From Fimbriimonadales bacterium (lineage in GTDB: Bacteria > Armatimonadota > Fimbriimonadia > Fimbriimonadales > ATM1): a stretch of DNA of 64,000 nt. Position 1 is the stretch's first letter; each line of letters begins with the position of its first letter. Shown here in pieces: positions 59,702 to 64,000 of this stretch. A program made the translations under genes and the position numbers. The notes under the pieces are model-generated. The model was not told where the DNA came from, searched no databases, and worked only from the letters and a program-made list of their open reading frames with translations. The stretch is from contig JBGTLG010000006.1 in the NCBI GenBank assembly GCA_041744215.1, positions 1 to 64,000 on the forward strand. The letters are read 5' to 3'.

Positions 59702-61663
59702 ATGGCGGACGTCCTGCAAGAGGCTCCTGCCGAGCCAATCCCTGAAAGGCCGAAGGCTGTGCGCTTAAGCGCCATCCTGTGGGGGCTCGCGCTTTGCCTG
59801 CCCGTCTGCTATTGGAACGCCTGGCAACCCACGGGCACCATCTACTCGCTGCTGTTCAGCACGATGGCCGCGCTAATCGTCCTGGTTGCCGCCAACGCAG
59901 TTCTTCATCGGGTCGCGCCACGGCTCGCCTTCACCACGGCGGACATGGTCGTCGTGTTCGCGATCGTCTCCGTTGCATCGGCCATCAGCGGCGAATGGAC
60001 GTTCCTCAACATGCAGTACGTCCACACGTTCGCCGGATACTCGCACCTGGAGCCCCTGTACGAGCAGCAGTTCCTCAAGGCTCTCCCCGAGAGCATGTAC
60101 TTCCACGACTCCAGCCAGCTTGCCGACTACCTCGCAGGCGGGAACGACCGCCTCCACTTCCTCTCCCGTCTCGACATCTGGGCGCCGAAGATCGCGATGT
60201 GGACGCTTTTGTACGGAATGATCACCGTCGCGCTCCTGTGTGTCAACAGCCTCATGCGCGACGCGTGGCTGCGCAAGGAGAGGCTTAGCTACCCGATCAT
60301 CCAACTCCCCGTCGCGATGATGGAGAACGCGGGGCGCGGGCCGCTCTGGAAAAGCAAGCCGATGTGGATGGCATTCGGCGTCATGTTTGCCATCGACATG
60401 CTCAACGGGTTCGCCTACCTCTACCCGAACCTTCCAAGCGTTCCCGTCAAACAGATCTTCAACTTCGACACGATCTTCACCGACCTCCCCTGGAGGGCGA
60501 TGGGCAGCACCCCCGTCGCGATCTATCCCTTCCTCGCCGCGATGGCTCTCCTCGTTCCCAGTGACCTCCTCTTCTCCGTCATCTTCTTCTTCATCGTCAG
60601 GAAACTCACGCTGGTCGTCTTCGCGCTCTACGGACTCGAAGGCGGAACCTTCGCGGGCGGATTCCTGAGGCCCGAAGCCCCATACTTCACCGAACAGACT
60701 TGGGGCGCGATCATCGGGCTGTTCGCCACCGCGATGTGGGTCGCACGCTCGCACCTGCGCCAGGTATGGGCAGACATCAAGTCGGGAGCGCGAGAATCGG
60801 ATGGAGGCATTCCGCACCGCTGGGCGTTCAGCCTGCTCGTCGTCTGCTTCGCCGGACTCCTATGGTTCGTCTCGCTCGGCGAACTTCCGATCCTCGTCAT
60901 GATCCCGTACTTCGCCGCGTTCATCATGTTCAGCATTGTCATAACGCGGATGCGAGCACAACTCGGCCCACCCACCCACGAATTCGCGTTCATGGGGCCG
61001 AACCAGCTCCTCATGAACTTCTACGGGACGCGAAACCTCACGCCCAAAAACGCGGTCTTCCTCGGCACGCCGCTCCTCGGCATCAACCGACTCTCCCGCT
61101 CCCACTGCATGCCCGTTCAGCTCGAAGCGATGAAGATGGCGGACGGCCAGCGTGTCCACCAAGGCGCGGTTTTCGGGCTGATTGCGCTCGGCCTTGTCGT
61201 CGGCATTTTCGTCGGGAGCATGTTCTTCGTCCAGGCGAGTTACGTCAAGGGCGCGTCGCCGGGCTGGGGGGACCCGGTCTCCGTTTTCCGGGGGGTGACC
61301 GACAAACCGACTGGCCCGAACGTCATCGGCATGATGATGGTGTTCTTCGGCTTCGCCGTCGTCACGGTTCTCGATGTCGTCCGCTTCAACTTCCCTGCCT
61401 TCAAGCTCCACCCGGTCGGATACGCGCTCAGCATGAACTTCGGCGTGGACTACTACTGGTTCGGGCTCGTGATCGCCTTGGCCGTGAAGACGCTGGTCCA
61501 GCGCTACTACGGGCTGCGCGGCTACCGCCAACTCCGAAACGTGGCCTTCGGCGTGATGATCGCCGAGTACGGCGCGGAGTTGATTTGGGCGGCTTACGCT
61601 CTCGCCACCCGGCAAAGCACCTACACCATCGGCTTCAACGAGCGGGGCCTGGGAACCCAATGA
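59702..61663 (+). CDS. Polytopic membrane protein, DUF6785/DUF6784-like putative (peptide) transporter
   Basis: Many TM helices; W.RKERLSYPIIQLP, TRMRAQLG, LHPVGYA, RYYGLRGYR motifs. Confidence 0.75.
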   Translation: MADVLQEAPAEPIPERPKAVRLSAILWGLALCLPVCYWNAWQPTGTIYSLLFSTMAALIVLVAANAVLHRVAPRLAFTTADMVVVFAIVSVASAISGEWTFLNMQYVHTFAGYSHLEPLYEQQFLKALPESMYFHDSSQLADYLAGGNDRLHFLSRLDIWAPKIAMWTLLYGMITVALLCVNSLMRDAWLRKERLSYPIIQLPVAMMENAGRGPLWKSKPMWMAFGVMFAIDMLNGFAYLYPNLPSVPVKQIFNFDTIFTDLPWRAMGSTPVAIYPFLAAMALLVPSDLLFSVIFFFIVRKLTLVVFALYGLEGGTFAGGFLRPEAPYFTEQTWGAIIGLFATAMWVARSHLRQVWADIKSGARESDGGIPHRWAFSLLVVCFAGLLWFVSLGELPILVMIPYFAAFIMFSIVITRMRAQLGPPTHEFAFMGPNQLLMNFYGTRNLTPKNAVFLGTPLLGINRLSRSHCMPVQLEAMKMADGQRVHQGAVFGLIALGLVVGIFVGSMFFVQASYVKGASPGWGDPVSVFRGVTDKPTGPNVIGMMMVFFGFAVVTVLDVVRFNFPAFKLHPVGYALSMNFGVDYYWFGLVIALAVKTLVQRYYGLRGYRQLRNVAFGVMIAEYGAELIWAAYALATRQSTYTIGFNERGLGTQ

Positions 61664-61749
61664 TCCAAGCCGCGATGCCCGCTGCCGCGCTCCGAGCGGC
61701 CCGCGCGCGCATCCACGGGGCAAAACCACGCGTTGCAGCGGCTGCATGG

Positions 61750-61896
61750 CGTCATCACGCTCCGTCATTGCGTCATCACGCTCCGTCATTGCATCATCGC
61801 GCTCCGTCATTGCATCATCGAGCTCCTTCATTGCATCATCGAGCTCCTTCATTACATCATCGAGCTCGGTCATTACATCATCGAGCTCCGTCGTTA
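61750..61896. repeat. 21-bp tandem repeat, 7 copies plus a partial eighth
   Basis: Consensus CATCATCGAGCTCCGTCATT(G/A); units begin at 61750, 61771, 61792, 61813, 61834, 61855, 61876; no spacers. Confidence 0.95.
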
Positions 61897-62099
61897 CATC
61901 ATCACGGAGCTCAAACACGTGATTCCGGGGCTCATCCCGTTAACCACCCTCGGCCCTACTCGCTTCGCTCTCGCCGTTCCCACATAGGCGCGCTGGATCG
62001 CGGCGCGGCCAGGGCGTCAGCGGGGACTGGGGGAAGCCGATAGAGCCGCCGATCCTCCGCCGACCACAGGGGAGGAGGCTGCCGTTCGCGTGGATCGCG

Positions 62100-63410
62100 G
62101 TGTGGCTGCTTCTCGCGCTCATCGCGGGCACTGAGTTCTACGCGCTTGTGGCTAAGCCGGGCGTGCCCGAGGATCGCCGCGCCCTGGAGGCGATGCGCCA
62201 GGAGTTCGGCGTGAAGCACGGGGAGGCGGCCACTGCCGACGAGCAGGACGAGGTGCTGCGCGCCGCGCTGCACGCCATCTCCGAGATGGAGTTTGAGACC
62301 GCCGGGGCAGAAGGCAGCGCGGGCCGGGTCGTTTTGATCCTTTCTGGCGAGCTTGGCGTCTATGGCCCTCCCTTTGGGCCGCTCCCGAATGCCGAGGTCG
62401 ACGATTTCGAGGGCGACGAGACCCGCGAGGAGGCCGCCGAGCTGAGGCAGAAGCTGAACGACGCGCTCGCGAAGATCTACTCATCGGAGCCCATCAGCAG
62501 GGCGGAGTCGGAGGAGATGCGGCGCACGATCCTCTCTACCACCGGTCCCGGTTGGCCCTACGATCTCGCGCTCGACCGGCTCGCGGAACGGTCGGGGACG
62601 AAGCGCCAGCCGGAGGAGAACGTTGGGCTGGGAATGCTGATGGGGGTGCTGTTGCTTGGAGGGTTGGGGGCGTGGATCGCTTACTTCGTCCTGACCATGA
62701 GCGGGATGAAGCCGAAGGGTTTGCCACGGGAGAACGACACTCTTGAGGTCTCGGACAACCTTGCTTTGCGCTTCCTTCTCTTCATCGGGGCCTTTGCGTT
62801 CTTGCCTACGTTTGCGGCGGTGGCCGCATCTCGCGTGGATCTGCCCGGCGCCCAGGACGTTGCAATCCTGCTCGTGATGCTGGCGGCGACCGGGTTGATC
62901 TTATCTACCGAGTTAGCCGGAGTTCGAATGTCGCTTCGGCGGCTTGGCGTTCGATTCGATGGACTTTGGGGACAGGTGGCTTGGGGCGTCGGCGGCTTCC
63001 TCGCGAACATCCCGGTTCTGGCTGGGCTTCTCGCTCTGACTGAGACGCTGTTGAAGGCGCTGCCTTCGGGTGATCATCCGGTGCAGCAGCAGGTTTTCAT
63101 GGAGTTTGGGCTGTTCAAGGCGATCATAGGCGCGGTGATCATGGCCCCGATCATTGAGGAGATCTTCTTTCGCGGGTGCCTTTACCAAGGGCTTGCGGCA
63201 AGGTCTCGGAGTTGGGTGTGGCCGGTTGTGCTCTCGTCGGTGGCGTTCGCGTCGCTGCATCCACAGGGGATGCAGGCGTGGCTGGTTTTGGGGTGGATCG
63301 GTGGCATGGGTGCGATGCTGTTCCGCCAAACGGGCAGCCTGGTGCCCGCGATCGTGATGCACGCGCTGAACAACCTCGGCGCGATCTTGCTGACCGTCTA
63401 TGTCCTGTAG
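62100..63410 (+). CDS. CPBP (Abi/CAAX protease) family intramembrane metalloprotease
   Basis: APIIEEIFFRG, FASLH, HALNN motifs; start uncertain. Confidence 0.9.
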   Translation: MWLLLALIAGTEFYALVAKPGVPEDRRALEAMRQEFGVKHGEAATADEQDEVLRAALHAISEMEFETAGAEGSAGRVVLILSGELGVYGPPFGPLPNAEVDDFEGDETREEAAELRQKLNDALAKIYSSEPISRAESEEMRRTILSTTGPGWPYDLALDRLAERSGTKRQPEENVGLGMLMGVLLLGGLGAWIAYFVLTMSGMKPKGLPRENDTLEVSDNLALRFLLFIGAFAFLPTFAAVAASRVDLPGAQDVAILLVMLAATGLILSTELAGVRMSLRRLGVRFDGLWGQVAWGVGGFLANIPVLAGLLALTETLLKALPSGDHPVQQQVFMEFGLFKAIIGAVIMAPIIEEIFFRGCLYQGLAARSRSWVWPVVLSSVAFASLHPQGMQAWLVLGWIGGMGAMLFRQTGSLVPAIVMHALNNLGAILLTVYVL

Positions 63411-63419
63411 AATCTGAGC

Positions 63420-64000
63420 GTGCTTTCCCGGTTAGAGCAGTTCGCGTCGCGGCGTTGGGTTTTCGCCGCGCTGCTCGCCGCGCTTTTGGCTACGGTTGGG
63501 TTCACTTATCGCAGCGTGGTCGGGGGCGATTGGTTCGCGTCGGGCGACGACATGGCGCATATCCTTCCGGAACTGCGAGAGGGCGCGCCGATGGATTGGG
63601 TTTCGGGGACCTGGGTCGGCAAGCGGATGTTCGACTACTACCGCCCGGTCACCTCGATCGCGATGTGGGTGCAGCACCGCGCGTTCGGTGAAACTCAGGC
63701 CGGTTGGCAGGCGGTCTCCCTTGGGTGCCATCTGGCCGCGGTCGCACTTGTGTCGCTTCTGCTCTTCAATCTGTTTCGCCTGGCGATCCCTGCGCTACTT
63801 GGCGCGGCGGTTTGGGGGTTTCGTGGTCGCGTGTTCGAGACGCTGGAGTGGACTCCGGCGCAGACCGATCTGTTTGCAGGGGTTCTTGGCTTCGCTGCGC
63901 TCCTGGCGTTCGTGAGAGGAATTCGCAGGCAGAGCGCGTTGCTGTTGGGGCTTTCGGCGATTGTGGCGCTGCTGGCGGCCGGGTCGAAGGAGGTCGCGCT
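63420..64000 (+). CDS. GT-C fold membrane glycosyltransferase (TMTC/PMT-like), truncated by window end
   Basis: Not in the ORF track (no stop). GTG 6 nt after TAGAAT; reads VLSRLEQFASRRW...SGDD...YYRPVT...FG...H...E.LEW..AQTDL...SKE. Confidence 0.75.
   Translation, partial: MLSRLEQFASRRWVFAALLAALLATVGFTYRSVVGGDWFASGDDMAHILPELREGAPMDWVSGTWVGKRMFDYYRPVTSIAMWVQHRAFGETQAGWQAVSLGCHLAAVALVSLLLFNLFRLAIPALLGAAVWGFRGRVFETLEWTPAQTDLFAGVLGFAALLAFVRGIRRQSALLLGLSAIVALLAAGSKEVA

Noticed and set aside
61750-61896. CRISPR array
   Set aside because: Units are directly adjacent with no unique spacers, and no cas genes are in the window.

Overview
A gene-dense 64-kb bacterial chromosomal segment of about 60 CDS and two tRNAs (Gln-TTG, Leu-GAG). 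Gene content (PEP-CTERM protein, SBBP/dockerin-like protein, Ycf45-R3H ATPase, DUF4127- and DUF6785-like proteins, cdaA-cdaR) suggests an Armatimonadota (Fimbriimonadia-like) organism; this is inference. Most of the window is housekeeping and metabolic: aspS, pyrD, tmk, purC, rnc, der, cmk-aroA-tyrA, cca, deoC, fahA, a Glu/Leu dehydrogenase, proteases and GH127/GH78 glycosidases. No transposase, integrase, prophage or CRISPR array was found. The best signals not explained by the ORF track are: (1) a hidden selenoprotein at 10979-11272 with an in-frame TGA in a U-R-L-Y motif and a SECIS-like hairpin; (2) a tandem, highly structured non-coding repeat at 14741-14958 directly upstream of an orphan RelA/SpoT small alarmone synthetase inside a variable region; (3) a promoter-bounded, rod-shaped ncRNA resembling 6S RNA at about 19188-19343 and a second sRNA candidate near 49.1-49.3 kb; (4) two local strand-composition flips (C/A-rich to G/T-rich) centred on the 10-17 kb variable region and on a 21-bp minisatellite at 61.8 kb; (5) widespread leaderless-gene signatures and non-canonical starts for aroA and rnc; (6) a degenerate TyrA and a degenerate macrodomain protein. 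All family calls come from recognising motifs by eye; no searches were run.
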